Source: Negativibacillus sp. (GTDB taxonomy: Bacteria > Bacillota > Clostridia > Oscillospirales > Ruminococcaceae). Taken from it: a stretch of DNA of 50,673 nucleotides. The stretch is from NCBI GenBank assembly GCA_045633085.1, contig JAZQXX010000010.1:1-50673 (forward strand), read 5' to 3'. A model generated the notes under the pieces. That model had not been told where the DNA came from and made no database searches. It saw only the letters and a program-made list of their open reading frames with translations. The first letter of the stretch is position 1; each line of letters begins with the position of its first letter. Positions 1-9,195 of this stretch are shown here, piece by piece. The position numbers and the translations under genes were made by a program.

Positions 1-32
1 CTTTTTTGTTTTATCTGAGCAGTTATTGCTTC

Positions 33-527
33 CTATTCGCTTACCCAAATCCGCTGTCTATCATTTTCATCGTCGCCTTGGATCCAAATCTCGCTCAGCT
101 CATCAGCAGGAACTTTGGTTTCTACCACGGTACCTCCGCTGCTGTGCAGAACATTCACCAATGTAAAACGAGGCTTGAGATACAAAATATCTCCCTCCAG
201 CTCCTGAGTTGTAATAGTGAAGGCTTCAGCACTTCCCATCATCATCAACGGAATTTGCAGAGTACCCTGTTCCGTTGTTGTGATCTCACCGACTGCAATA
301 TAATCTGCGTTGACAGGATTACCAATTCCAAAGAACCACAAAACCGGAATCGAAAACATCAAGAAGCAAAGCAGCAGAAAAGTCAGCGGATTTTGAATCA
401 CACGGTCTTTCTTCGGATCTTCTTCCTCAAATTCCTCTTCTCTATCTTCCCACTCATCGTCGTAATCGTATTCTTCGTCGAATTCTTCTTCGTTCCAGTC
501 TTCATACTCTTTCTTTTCGTCTGGCAT
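33..527 (-). CDS. Hypothetical single-pass membrane protein with a very acidic N-terminal tail
   Basis: 164-aa ORF with AAGGAG RBS; N-terminus rich in D/E, then one hydrophobic helix (PLTFLLLCFLMFSIPVLWFFGI) and a ~100-aa C-terminal domain. Confidence 0.75.
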   Translation of the reverse strand: MPDEKKEYEDWNEEEFDEEYDYDDEWEDREEEFEEEDPKKDRVIQNPLTFLLLCFLMFSIPVLWFFGIGNPVNADYIAVGEITTTEQGTLQIPLMMMGSAEAFTITTQELEGDILYLKPRFTLVNVLHSSGGTVVETKVPADELSEIWIQGDDENDRQRIWVSE

Positions 528-704
528 ACTCTTCTCTCCTTACGGCTATTTGATACGATTATACCACATGTTTTCAGAAAATTCTCCAAGGAACTGTAAA
601 TAATTTCAGTTCCATATATTTTCCAATATTGATTATAAAAAAGCCCTTTCTTCCCATCATAAAACGTGATATACTAATTACAATTGTTTATGGGAGGTGA
701 GGAT

Positions 705-1400
705 TTGTTCCGGAAAAAGCGATATTTTGCTGCAATACTGCTGGCTTTAGCACTGTTGACAGCCTGCAAACAGAATAATCCGAACCTGCCTGAGGAAGCG
801 GCTACTGCCGTTTCTCCTCCTGCTCAAGAACAAACCGAAAGCAAGCCTGTCGGTGACAACGCGCAAAATGCCGAGATTCTTGAAGCGCCGGCAGAGAATC
901 CTGCTTCCGACCCGCAAACCACCAAAGAAACCGTTTCCGGAGAAGGATTTTTGACTGACATTGAAAACCAAGTGATGAACCTCATCAACCAAGAGCGTCT
1001 TTCCCTCGGTTTGGCTGAATTGGAATACGACCCCATGCTGCAAAATACTGCCCGTATTCGCAGCAAAGAACTTTGCCAACAAATGTCCGACCAAACACTT
1101 TCTCATACCCGTCCCGACGGCAATAGCTGGTCCACGGTTATGACCCGCGATATTCCGATTCAGAATTTGATCGGTGCCGGTGAGATCCTTGCTCGAGAAA
1201 AAACCACTGATGGCGGCGGTGCAGCACAGGAGCCGATTCCAGCAAAAGACTGGTTCCTTCTTTGGAAATCCAGCCAGTCCCATTACGATAATATTACTTG
1301 GCCCGAAGCTGAAAAAGTTGGGGTCGGTATCTACTTTGAAATTCGCGATGGCGAATACTACACCAACGCAACGGTTCATTTCGGTATCTACGCCGACTAA
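705..1400 (+). CDS. CAP (SCP/Tpx-1) domain lipoprotein
   Basis: GGAGG RBS before TTG at 705; lipobox LTAC; CAP motifs LINQER, SHTRPDG, GEIL, SQSHYDNI, VGVG. Confidence 0.85.
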   Translation: MFRKKRYFAAILLALALLTACKQNNPNLPEEAATAVSPPAQEQTESKPVGDNAQNAEILEAPAENPASDPQTTKETVSGEGFLTDIENQVMNLINQERLSLGLAELEYDPMLQNTARIRSKELCQQMSDQTLSHTRPDGNSWSTVMTRDIPIQNLIGAGEILAREKTTDGGGAAQEPIPAKDWFLLWKSSQSHYDNITWPEAEKVGVGIYFEIRDGEYYTNATVHFGIYAD

Positions 1401-1423
1401 GCTGAAATATGGGGGAGAAACAT

Positions 1424-1948
1424 ATGACAGATTACAGCAAACTTAGCTTACGTCCTGCAACGATGGAGGACCTTTCCTGTGCGATGGCCATGATTCAAGA
1501 CGCGAAAGATTTTCATAAAGCCATTGGATTGGATCAGTGGAATGAGGACTACCCTGCTGTCAGCGACATTACAGCTGATATCAACGCAGGCAAGGCTTAT
1601 TTCCTCTGTGACGAGGAATGCAAGGTGGCATATCTCTGCCTTGATTTCGATGGAGAAGCCATTTATAACGAACTGGAGGGCCGGTGGCTCACTGAAACAG
1701 ATGCACGCTATTTGGTGATCCATCGCCTTGCAATGGATGGCAAACAGCGTGGTAAAGGCTACTCTTCTTCTGTCTTTCCTTTAGCAGAACAGTTTTGTCG
1801 TGAACACAAAATCGGAAGCATCCGCGTGGATACTCACGCTGAAAATGAAATCATGCAGCATTTGATTCCAAAAGCAGGCTTTGTTTATTGCGGTATCGTT
1901 TATTATAACGGCAGTCCACGTACAGCTTTTGAGAAAATCGTAAGATAG
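1424..1948 (+). CDS. GNAT family N-acetyltransferase
   Basis: Motifs VIHRLA..QRGKGYS and IRVDTHAENEIMQ; GGGGAG RBS before ATG 1424. Confidence 0.85.
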   Translation: MTDYSKLSLRPATMEDLSCAMAMIQDAKDFHKAIGLDQWNEDYPAVSDITADINAGKAYFLCDEECKVAYLCLDFDGEAIYNELEGRWLTETDARYLVIHRLAMDGKQRGKGYSSSVFPLAEQFCREHKIGSIRVDTHAENEIMQHLIPKAGFVYCGIVYYNGSPRTAFEKIVR

Positions 1949-1949
1949 C

Positions 1950-1982
1950 AAAACAGCCACAGTAAAACTGTGGCTGTTTTTT
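1950..1982. terminator. Bidirectional intrinsic terminator
   Basis: AAAACAGCCACAG-taaaa-CTGTGGCTGTTTT between converging genes. Confidence 0.85.
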
Positions 1983-2247
1983 ATTTCCTTGTCTGCGTAC
2001 GCAGCTGTGTGTACTTATTTTTTGTGGCCATGCCGCCACGGATATGCCTCTCCTGCTTGTTTTTATCCAGCACTTTCTGCACTTCCGCCTGCAGGTTCGG
2101 ATTGATCTGCAGCAAGCGAAAGCTAACATCTTTGTGAATCGTGCTTTTACTCAGATGGAACACCTTTGCCGCCTGCCGAACTGTCGCTTCGTGATCTACG
2201 ATATAATTGCCCAGCAGAATGGCACGTTCTTCGGGGATCCCTTTCAA
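1981..2247 (-). CDS. spoIIID: Sporulation transcriptional regulator SpoIIID
   Basis: Characteristic sequence EERA...ATVRQAAKVF..SKSTIHKDV..RL...NKQERHIRGGMATK.KY. Confidence 0.95.
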   Translation of the reverse strand: MKGIPEERAILLGNYIVDHEATVRQAAKVFHLSKSTIHKDVSFRLLQINPNLQAEVQKVLDKNKQERHIRGGMATKNKYTQLRTQTRK

Positions 2248-2291
2248 GTCTTTTCCCTCCCTCTCTTCCCCGTAACAGGGACTCTTGGCAC

Positions 2292-2320
2292 ATTATATGA
2301 AGGAATATCCCCGAAAAAGA
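2292..2320 (-). promoter_or_regulatory. Putative sigma-E promoter of spoIIID
   Basis: Minus-strand CATATAAT (-10) with a 14-bp spacer to a weak -35; spoIIID is sigma-E dependent in Bacillus and Clostridium. Confidence 0.5.
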
Positions 2321-2322
2321 AC

Positions 2323-2349
2323 AAGAGCCTGCGGTACCGCAGGCTCTTT
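2323..2349. terminator. Intrinsic terminator after rbsK
   Basis: Inverted repeat AAGAGCCTGCGGTACCGCAGGCTCTT. Confidence 0.75.
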
Positions 2350-2359
2350 CTTATTGTGC

Positions 2360-3253
2360 TTATGCTTCTTTCAGTGCTTCTTCTACTTCTGCTCTCAGCG
2401 GAATGGATGGAACCGCACCCGGACGAGTTACTGCGATGGAAGATGCTTTCGCACTCATCTTCAGAACTTCCGGAATTGGCATTCCTTCTGCCAGACCAGC
2501 CAGGAAGTAACCGGTAAAGGTATCGCCGGCAGCAGTAGTATCCACTGCTTTTACTTTAAAGATTGGCTGATAGTGTTTCTGCTGAGCATCTGCGTACATT
2601 GCGCCGTCTTTACCCAAAGTCAGAACGATCTTCGCATGAGGGAACAGTTCCTTCATTTTAGCGATGATCTCTTCTGGATCAGTCAGACCGGTCACCTGTG
2701 CGCCTTCTACCTCATTCAGAAGGAAGATGCTGATTTTGGTCATATCCACTGCATCCAGTTTCTCGTTGTATGGAGATGGATTCAGTGCGATCTGCATGCC
2801 TTTTTCGTATGCTTTGTTTACGATGTAAGGCAGCATATTCACTTCGTTCTGCAGGAGAAGCAGATCTTCGTTGCCAAAATGGCTGAGAACTTCATCCACA
2901 TATGCTTCAGTCAGCATCTGGTTTGCACCGCCGAAGAGCAGGATGCAGTTCTGTGCGTTTTTATCGATCTGAATTACGGTATGACCGGTAACACCACCAT
3001 CGATTTTCTGAATAAAATCAGATTTCACACCATGCTCTTTGCAGGCGTCGATGAATGGCTGACCATCTTCACCGATCAGACCGCCGTGGTAAACGTCCAC
3101 ACCGGCTTTCGCCAGAGCAACAGACTGGTTCATACCTTTGCCGCCCAGGAAGGTATTTCTGCTTCCTGTCGCTTCGGTTTCACCCGGCTGAATGATATGG
3201 TCCACACTGTACACATAGTCCAGATTCATGGAACCGATGTTCAATACTTTCAT
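2360..3253 (-). CDS. rbsK: Ribokinase (PfkB family)
   Basis: GSMNLD, GGKGMNQSVALAKAG, NEVE and DTTAAGDTF motifs; last gene of the rbs operon; AGGAG RBS. Confidence 0.93.
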   Translation of the reverse strand: MKVLNIGSMNLDYVYSVDHIIQPGETEATGSRNTFLGGKGMNQSVALAKAGVDVYHGGLIGEDGQPFIDACKEHGVKSDFIQKIDGGVTGHTVIQIDKNAQNCILLFGGANQMLTEAYVDEVLSHFGNEDLLLLQNEVNMLPYIVNKAYEKGMQIALNPSPYNEKLDAVDMTKISIFLLNEVEGAQVTGLTDPEEIIAKMKELFPHAKIVLTLGKDGAMYADAQQKHYQPIFKVKAVDTTAAGDTFTGYFLAGLAEGMPIPEVLKMSAKASSIAVTRPGAVPSIPLRAEVEEALKEA

Positions 3254-3263
3254 GTTTGATCTC

Positions 3264-5909
3264 CTATGCATTTGCAGCAGTAATCAGAGTAACTTCTACT
3301 GGGATAGATTTTGGAATGCCTTCGCCGTTGATCAGTTTTACAGCGTTTTCTACTGCGGTGGAACCGATCAGTTCTGGCTGCTGTGCGATGGTACCAGCCA
3401 TGCGGCCTTCTTTGATGGATGCAATTGCATCGTCAGTAGCGTCAAAGCCCATTACCAGAATGTTTTTGCTTGCGCCTGCGATCGCTTCGATTGCGCCCAG
3501 TGCCATTTCGTCATTTGCTGCGAAGACTGCCTGGATGTCGCCGTTTGCCTGGAGCATATTTTCCATTACGGACATACCCTGTGCACGGTCGAAGTTTGCG
3601 GTCTGAGAAGCTACTACATTCAGTTTTGCATCAGCTACATTGTGGAAGCCCTGACTTCTGTCGATGGCTGCAGATGCACCTGGAACACCTTCCAGTTCAG
3701 CAACTTTTACGCCTTCACCGAGAGTATCAACGATGTACTGGGTTGCCAGCTCTGCGCCGAGAACGTTGTCAGATGCGATCTGGCAGTCGATTTCTACGCC
3801 GTTTACTACACGGTCAACAGAGATAACGCGAACGCCTTTTGCAATTGCAAATTCAACTGCACCTGCAACAGCGTCGGAGTCACATGGGTTTACGATCAGA
3901 ACGGAAATGCCTTTTGCTACAAGGTCTTCGATGTCGGAAACCTGTTTGGTTACGTCGTCACCTGCGTCTGCGATACTGATGTCAACATTCAGAGAAGCTG
4001 CAGCAGCTTTCGCACCATCAGCCAGAGTTACGAAGAATGGGTTGTTCAGGGTAGAGATAGAAAGACCGATGGAGCCGTTGCCTACAATTGCAACCGGAGC
4101 AGAAGCTTCTTCTTTTGGTTGGTTGTAAGTATCAGCATTTTCTTTGGTTACGAGGGTAACTTCTACTGGGATAGATTTTGGAATGGATTCGCCATTGATC
4201 AGTTTCAGTGCGTTCTCTACTGCGGTAGAACCGATCAGTTCTGGCTGCTGTGCGATGGTACCAGCCATGCGGCCTTCTTTGATGGATGCAATTGCATCGT
4301 CAGTAGCATCGAAGCCCATTACCAGAATGTTTTTGCTTGCGCCTGCAATTGCTTCCATAGCACCCAGTGCCATTTCGTCGTTTGCTGCGAATACTGCCTG
4401 GATGTCGCCGTTTGCCTGGAGCATGTTTTCCATTACGGACATACCCTGTGCACGGTCGAAGTTTGCGGTCTGAGAAGCTACTACGGTCAGTTTGCTGTCA
4501 GCTACATTGTGGAAGCCCTGGCTTCTGTCGATGGCTGCAGATGCACCTGGAACGCCTTCCAGTTCAGCAACTTTTACGCCTTCACCGAGGGTATCTACAA
4601 TGTACTGGGTTGCCAGTTCTGCACCGAGAACGTTGTCGGATGCGATCTGGCAATCGATTTCTACGCCGTTAACTGCACGGTCAACGGAGATAACTTTAAC
4701 GCCTTTGGAAAGTGCGAACTCAACAGCGCCGGTAACAGCGTCGGAGTCACATGGGTTTACGATCAAAACGGAAATGCCTTTTGCTACAAGGTCTTCGATG
4801 TCGGAAACCTGTTTGGTTACGTCGTCGCCTGCGTCTGCAATGCTCAGCTCTACGCCAGCTTTATCAGCAGCAGCTTTTGCACCGTCAGCCAGAGTTACGA
4901 AGAATGGGTTGTTCAGAGTAGAAACGGAAAGACCGATGGTACCGTTGCCTACGATTTCAACAGGTTCAGCGGATGCGAAAGAGTCAACGTTTTCTTTGGT
5001 TACGAGGGTAACTTCTACTGGAATTGCTTTTGGAATGGATTCGCCGTTCATCAGTTTCAGTGCATTATCAACTGCGGTAGAACCGATCAGAGCTGGCTGC
5101 TGTGCGATGGTACCAGCCATGCGGCCTTCTTTGATGGATGCAATTGCATCGTCAGTAGCATCGAAGCCCATTACCAGAATGTTTTTGCCTGCGCCGGAGA
5201 TTGCTTCCATAGCACCCAGTGCCATTTCGTCGTTTGCTGCGAATACTGCCTGGATGTCACCGTTTGCCTGGAGCATGTTTTCCATTACGGACATACCCTG
5301 TGCACGGTCGAAGTTTGCAGTCTGAGAAGCTACTACGGTCAGTTTTGCATCAGCTACATTGTGGAAGCCCTGGCTTCTGTCGATGGCTGCAGATGCACCT
5401 GGAACGCCTTCCAGTTCAGCAACTTTTACGCCTTCACCGAGAGTATCTACGATGTACTGGGTTGCCAGTTCTGCACCAAGAACGTTGTCGGATGCGATCT
5501 GGCAGTCGATTTCGATACCGTTAACTGCACGGTCAACGGAGATAACTTTAACGCCTTTGGAAAGTGCGAACTCAACAGCGCCGGTAACAGCGTCGGAGTC
5601 ACATGGGTTTACGATCAGAACAGAAATGCCTTTTGCTACAAGGTCTTCAATGTCGGAAACCTGTTTGGTTACGTCGTCACCTGCGTCTGCAATGCTCAGC
5701 TCTACGCCAGCTTTATCAGCAGCAGCTTTTGCACCTTCTGCCAGGGTTACGAAGAATGGGTTGTTCTGAGTGGAAACGGAAAGACCAATGGTACCTTTTG
5801 CTGCAGCATTGGTTACAACGGAGTTTTCTTCACCGTCAATGGTAATTTTACAGCCAGCCATGGTGAATACCATCATCAGGCTGAGAAACAGACAGAATAA
5901 TCTTTTCAT
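3264..5909 (-). CDS. rbsB: D-ribose ABC transporter substrate-binding lipoprotein with three tandem RbsB domains
   Basis: Signal peptide with lipobox MAGC; three ~266-aa copies, each with RbsB ligand motifs NNPFF, VDR, IDR, NFDR, ANDEM, GFD, AQQP; sits between rbsC and rbsK. Confidence 0.93.
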   Translation of the reverse strand: MKRLFCLFLSLMMVFTMAGCKITIDGEENSVVTNAAAKGTIGLSVSTQNNPFFVTLAEGAKAAADKAGVELSIADAGDDVTKQVSDIEDLVAKGISVLIVNPCDSDAVTGAVEFALSKGVKVISVDRAVNGIEIDCQIASDNVLGAELATQYIVDTLGEGVKVAELEGVPGASAAIDRSQGFHNVADAKLTVVASQTANFDRAQGMSVMENMLQANGDIQAVFAANDEMALGAMEAISGAGKNILVMGFDATDDAIASIKEGRMAGTIAQQPALIGSTAVDNALKLMNGESIPKAIPVEVTLVTKENVDSFASAEPVEIVGNGTIGLSVSTLNNPFFVTLADGAKAAADKAGVELSIADAGDDVTKQVSDIEDLVAKGISVLIVNPCDSDAVTGAVEFALSKGVKVISVDRAVNGVEIDCQIASDNVLGAELATQYIVDTLGEGVKVAELEGVPGASAAIDRSQGFHNVADSKLTVVASQTANFDRAQGMSVMENMLQANGDIQAVFAANDEMALGAMEAIAGASKNILVMGFDATDDAIASIKEGRMAGTIAQQPELIGSTAVENALKLINGESIPKSIPVEVTLVTKENADTYNQPKEEASAPVAIVGNGSIGLSISTLNNPFFVTLADGAKAAAASLNVDISIADAGDDVTKQVSDIEDLVAKGISVLIVNPCDSDAVAGAVEFAIAKGVRVISVDRVVNGVEIDCQIASDNVLGAELATQYIVDTLGEGVKVAELEGVPGASAAIDRSQGFHNVADAKLNVVASQTANFDRAQGMSVMENMLQANGDIQAVFAANDEMALGAIEAIAGASKNILVMGFDATDDAIASIKEGRMAGTIAQQPELIGSTAVENAVKLINGEGIPKSIPVEVTLITAANA
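3279..5795 (-). repeat. Three ~800-bp intragenic direct repeats (about 4998-5795, 4146-4943 and 3279-4076)
   Basis: Long identical stretches recur at offsets of 852 and 867 nt, both multiples of 3; the linkers differ. Confidence 0.95.
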
Positions 5910-5938
5910 GCTTTTAATCTCCAATCCTATATCAACAC

Positions 5939-6913
5939 TTATCTCTTGCTGTCGGACAGAACTGCAACGAGGATTACGAGTGCTTTGATAACGTCCTGGT
6001 AGTAGGAAGTAACACCCAGAATGTTCAGACCGTTGCTCAGTACAGCGATGATCAGTACACCTGCGATGGTGCCGGTGATTTTACCGCGGCCACCGCTCAT
6101 GGAAGTACCGCCCAGTGCTACTGCAGCGATCGCATCCAGTTCATAGCCGTCACCGAGGGTAGGCTGTGCGGAGTTTACACGGGAGATCATCATCAGACCT
6201 GCCAGAGCAGACATGAAACCAGAGATAGCGTATACGGAAGTTTTGATTTTTGCAGTATCAACACCAACCAGTTTTGCACATTTTGCGTTGGAACCGGTTG
6301 CATAGATCTTACGGCCATAGGTGGTGTGGTTGAGAATGAAGTAGAATACCAGGAAAGCTACAACCAGGATCACTGCTGGCAGAGGGATTTTCACGTTTTC
6401 TGCGAACAGAGGAACGATGTTACCTTTACCAAGAGCTTTGAAGAGGAAGGAGCCGCTGGTCAGAGTATCAGCCAGACGGGAGATTGGTTTACCGTCTGTA
6501 ATGATCATTGCCAGACCGCGGTAAGCAGTCATGGTTACCAGAGTCGCGATGAATGGCTGCAGGCGGCCTTTGGTTACCAGCAGACCGGAAATGGTACCGA
6601 GAATGACACCGACGATGAGTGCACCGCAGATACATACGATCGCAGGCAGGCCCATGGTGATCATTTCAGCACAAACGATAGCACTCAATGCGAAAACAGA
6701 ACCTACAGACAGGTCGATACCGTCAGAAAGGATAACGCAAGTCATACCGATGGCGATCAGGCCGTTAAAGGATGCCTGACGCAGCAGATTCAGCAGGTTG
6801 CTTGGTGCACGGAATTCTGGACTGATAACACCCAGAACAGCTGCAAGCAGCACCAGTGCGATAAACGCACCATATTCGCCCAACATTGAGCTGATATTTT
6901 TTTCCTTTTTCAT
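5939..6913 (-). CDS. rbsC: Ribose ABC transporter permease
   Basis: Multi-TM protein with GIDLSVGS, LQPFIATL, YELDAIAAVALGGTS motifs. Confidence 0.93.
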   Translation of the reverse strand: MKKEKNISSMLGEYGAFIALVLLAAVLGVISPEFRAPSNLLNLLRQASFNGLIAIGMTCVILSDGIDLSVGSVFALSAIVCAEMITMGLPAIVCICGALIVGVILGTISGLLVTKGRLQPFIATLVTMTAYRGLAMIITDGKPISRLADTLTSGSFLFKALGKGNIVPLFAENVKIPLPAVILVVAFLVFYFILNHTTYGRKIYATGSNAKCAKLVGVDTAKIKTSVYAISGFMSALAGLMMISRVNSAQPTLGDGYELDAIAAVALGGTSMSGGRGKITGTIAGVLIIAVLSNGLNILGVTSYYQDVIKALVILVAVLSDSKR

Positions 6914-8397
6914 TACAGACTTCCTCCTGTTGCCAATGTCATTACTTTCGCCTGATCTGCGTCAGCGCCGTTGAGAATACCGGTTACCTTACCTTCATGT
7001 ACGACCATAATGCGGTCGCTCATGCCCAGAACTTCAGGAAGTTCGGAAGAAACCATAATAACAGCAACGCCTTGTGCCGCCATATCATTGATAACATTGT
7101 AAATTTCTTTTTTCGCACCGATATCCACGCCTCGAGTTGGTTCGTCGAGGATCAGGATCTTTGGATCGGTGTAGATCCATTTTGCAAGAACAACTTTCTG
7201 CTGGTTACCACCGGACAGGTTATTACATTCGTGATCCGGGCCAAAGCAGCGAATACGGAATTCTTCGATACCTTTTTTCACCAGTTCGCTCTGTTTCTTT
7301 GGATTCAGCACACCGCTGTTGGAAACCTTCGCCAAGTTTGCAATTTCGATGTTTTCTGCAATGGATTTTTCCAGCAGCAGACCTTCGGTCTTACGGTCTT
7401 CGGTGATGAAACCGATGCCGTTTGCGATTGCCTGACGTGGAGATTTAATGGAAACTTCCTTGCCTTCGATGTAGATTTTACCACTATCGATTGGCAGATT
7501 GCCGAAGATAGCCTGCATGATCTCAGTACGTCCTGCGCCCATCAGACCAGCAACACCCAGAACTTCGCCAGCTTTTACAGAGAAGTTGACATCATGGAAC
7601 TTCTTACCGCTGCTCAAACCTTCTACGCGAATAACTTCTTCGCCGATTTTTGCTTCACGGTGTGGGTAACGTTCACCGATCTCACGACCGATCATCATCT
7701 GAACAACGTCGTCCATGTTGATGTCTTTGATGTATTTGGTATCAACATACTGACCATCTCGCAGAATGGTGATACGTTCACACATTTCAAAAATCTCTTC
7801 CATACGGTGAGAGATGTATACGATAGAAACGCCTTTTGCAGTCAGGGAACGCATAACTTCAAAGAGAACTTTGGTTTCGCTTTCGGTCAGTGCTGCGGTT
7901 GGTTCGTCCATGATGAGGACTTTTGCGTCAACCATCAGCGCTTTGCAGATTTCAACCATCTGCTGCTGACCAACGGAAAGGTCGGACATGGTAGCGTCAA
8001 TAGGAATATGTACGCCCAGACGATCCATTACTTCCTGCGCTTTTTTGCGCATAGCTTTTTTATCGCAGATACCAAAACCTTTGGTAATTTCTTTGCCCAT
8101 GAAGAGGTTTTCCTCAACGGTCAGGTCAAAGAGGGAGTTGATTTCCTGATAAATAAAGACAATACCTGCTTTTTCTGCTTCCTGTGGATTTTTGTAGTTC
8201 ACTTCCTGGCCATCCACCAAAATGGTGCCGGCATCTTTGGTGTAAACACCGGTGAGGATCTTCATCAGAGTAGATTTACCTGCACCGTTTTCACCCATGA
8301 GAGCGTGAACTTCGCCGTCCTTGAGCAGGAAGCCGGCATCTTTCAGAACCTGGTTGCTGCCAAAGGACTTGTTGATGCCTCTCATCTCAATATTCAT
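6913..8397 (-). CDS. rbsA: Ribose ABC transporter ATP-binding protein (two NBDs)
   Basis: Walker A GENGAGKST; LSGGNQQKV; DEPT motifs. Confidence 0.93.
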   Translation of the reverse strand: MNIEMRGINKSFGSNQVLKDAGFLLKDGEVHALMGENGAGKSTLMKILTGVYTKDAGTILVDGQEVNYKNPQEAEKAGIVFIYQEINSLFDLTVEENLFMGKEITKGFGICDKKAMRKKAQEVMDRLGVHIPIDATMSDLSVGQQQMVEICKALMVDAKVLIMDEPTAALTESETKVLFEVMRSLTAKGVSIVYISHRMEEIFEMCERITILRDGQYVDTKYIKDINMDDVVQMMIGREIGERYPHREAKIGEEVIRVEGLSSGKKFHDVNFSVKAGEVLGVAGLMGAGRTEIMQAIFGNLPIDSGKIYIEGKEVSIKSPRQAIANGIGFITEDRKTEGLLLEKSIAENIEIANLAKVSNSGVLNPKKQSELVKKGIEEFRIRCFGPDHECNNLSGGNQQKVVLAKWIYTDPKILILDEPTRGVDIGAKKEIYNVINDMAAQGVAVIMVSSELPEVLGMSDRIMVVHEGKVTGILNGADADQAKVMTLATGGSL

Positions 8398-8416
8398 ACT
8401 TTGTTAGCCCTCCTCA

Positions 8417-8827
8417 TCAAGCGAAGATACAGCCAGACTGCAAAATAATGTTTGCATATGGAGTTGTTTCGCCTGTTCTGATAACTGCTTTACAGTTCTT
8501 GGTCTGCTCTTTGAGTTCGACGTGGGAAACAAATTCGGTTTCCACCGGCTGACCGGCAAAGAGTTCCTCGATCTGTTTCAGGACATGCGGATTCTGGGTT
8601 TTGATTTCTTCTGCCAGAACGATTTTTTCAATCTTCATGTCAGCAGCAACCAGCTCCAGAGTACGCATGAAAGTTGGTTCTCCAAAGGTCAGCGCCAGAT
8701 CAATGCGTTCTGTTTCGTCTGGAATTGGCAAACCGCAATCACCGATACAGATACAGTCGGTATGCCCCATATAGGACAGAACCCTTGAAATGTCGCTGTT
8801 CAAAATTCCTGCTTTTTTCATTCCCAT
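8417..8827 (-). CDS. rbsD: D-ribose pyranase
   Basis: MKK.GILN...MGHTD...DCGLPIP...IRTGETTPYANIIL.SG. Confidence 0.95.
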   Translation of the reverse strand: MGMKKAGILNSDISRVLSYMGHTDCICIGDCGLPIPDETERIDLALTFGEPTFMRTLELVAADMKIEKIVLAEEIKTQNPHVLKQIEELFAGQPVETEFVSHVELKEQTKNCKAVIRTGETTPYANIILQSGCIFA

Positions 8828-8972
8828 TCCTCTCCTTTGAGTTCAGATTTTGCACACAGAAATGCGCAGCGAAAAGACAATAAAAGTCTTAGCCTCTATC
8901 TCTTTGGATACAAGCCATGACCTTCCTCTTTTCGTACTATTCGACAGTTTTTGAGCTGTCGTAATTATATTT

Positions 8973-9001
8973 ATTATAATATATGACAAACAAATTAGCA
9001 A
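8973..9001 (-). promoter_or_regulatory. Sigma-A promoter of the rbs operon
   Basis: Minus strand TTGCTA-17 bp-TATAAT. Confidence 0.7.
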
Positions 9002-9158
9002 GAAACCTCTGCCTTTTCCGCAATTTAACCAAACAAATTCAAGATGTTTAGCTACTATACCTATTTTTTCATAAAAGCGAACAAAAAAAGCCCGTCCATT
9101 CATTCATGGTATCAAAATATGATGAAAAAACAAACCGTATTCCTTCATTTTATAAAAC

Positions 9159-9195
9159 AAAAACACGCTCCATACTGTAATATGGAGCATGTTTT
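9159..9195 (-). terminator. Intrinsic terminator after the GT2 gene
   Basis: Hairpin GCTCCATA/TATGGAGC flanked by A and T tracts. Confidence 0.75.

Noticed and set aside
661-673. 13-mer AAAACGTGATATA shared with 43901-43913
   Set aside because: Both copies are most simply extended -10 promoter elements; only two instances
3228-5900. 890-aa Cys/Phe-rich ORF on the plus strand with three repeats
   Set aside because: Exact antisense shadow of rbsB; strong codon bias keeps the reverse frame open; no RBS or protein-like composition
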